Virus record (IMG/VR): IMGVR_UViG_3300046318_000318
Source of the DNA: a virus
Taxonomy: Duplodnaviria > Caudoviricetes
Length of the DNA stretch: 64,000 nucleotides
Reading direction: 5' to 3' (one strand)
The first letter of the stretch is position 1. The number at the start of each line of letters is the position of its first letter. Of this stretch, positions 64,000 to 64,000 are shown one piece after another. The notes under the pieces were generated by a model that saw nothing but the letters and a program-made list of their open reading frames with translations, was not told the origin of the DNA and did not search any database. Made by a program: the position numbers and the translations under genes.

Positions 64000-64000
64000 T

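Overview
This is a 64-kb segment of a phiKZ-like (Chimalliviridae-type, probably nucleus-forming) jumbo phage genome. No CRISPR array, rRNA or tRNA was seen. The core gene order resembles phiKZ, judged from motifs and remembered synteny: virion RNAP beta fragment (partial), UvsX/RecA, RNase H, SbcC ATPase, baseplate spike, RuvC-like resolvase, portal, nvRNAP beta subunit, nrdAB, major capsid protein, DnaB, DHFR, thyA, lysis genes and tail/fibre clusters. thyA is split by a group I intron with a GIY-YIG endonuclease, and both splice sites, P1/P10, P7 and P9 can be read from the sequence. The most striking structure is a family of six dispersed minus-strand expression cassettes placed between core genes. 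Each consists of a conserved promoter-like motif, a 5' leader with a covarying two-stem RNA structure (UUUAA opposite a single purine), an SD, unrelated and usually GC-richer cargo, and a near-identical terminator repeat. One cassette carries an AcrIII-1/DUF1874-like ring nuclease (anti-type III CRISPR), one a HExxH metalloprotease, and one is empty (ATG-GCT-GGA-GCG-TGA). Promoter and terminator subtypes are reassorted between cassettes, suggesting a recombination-driven system for swapping early anti-host genes. All family assignments come from motif recognition and recall, not database searches.
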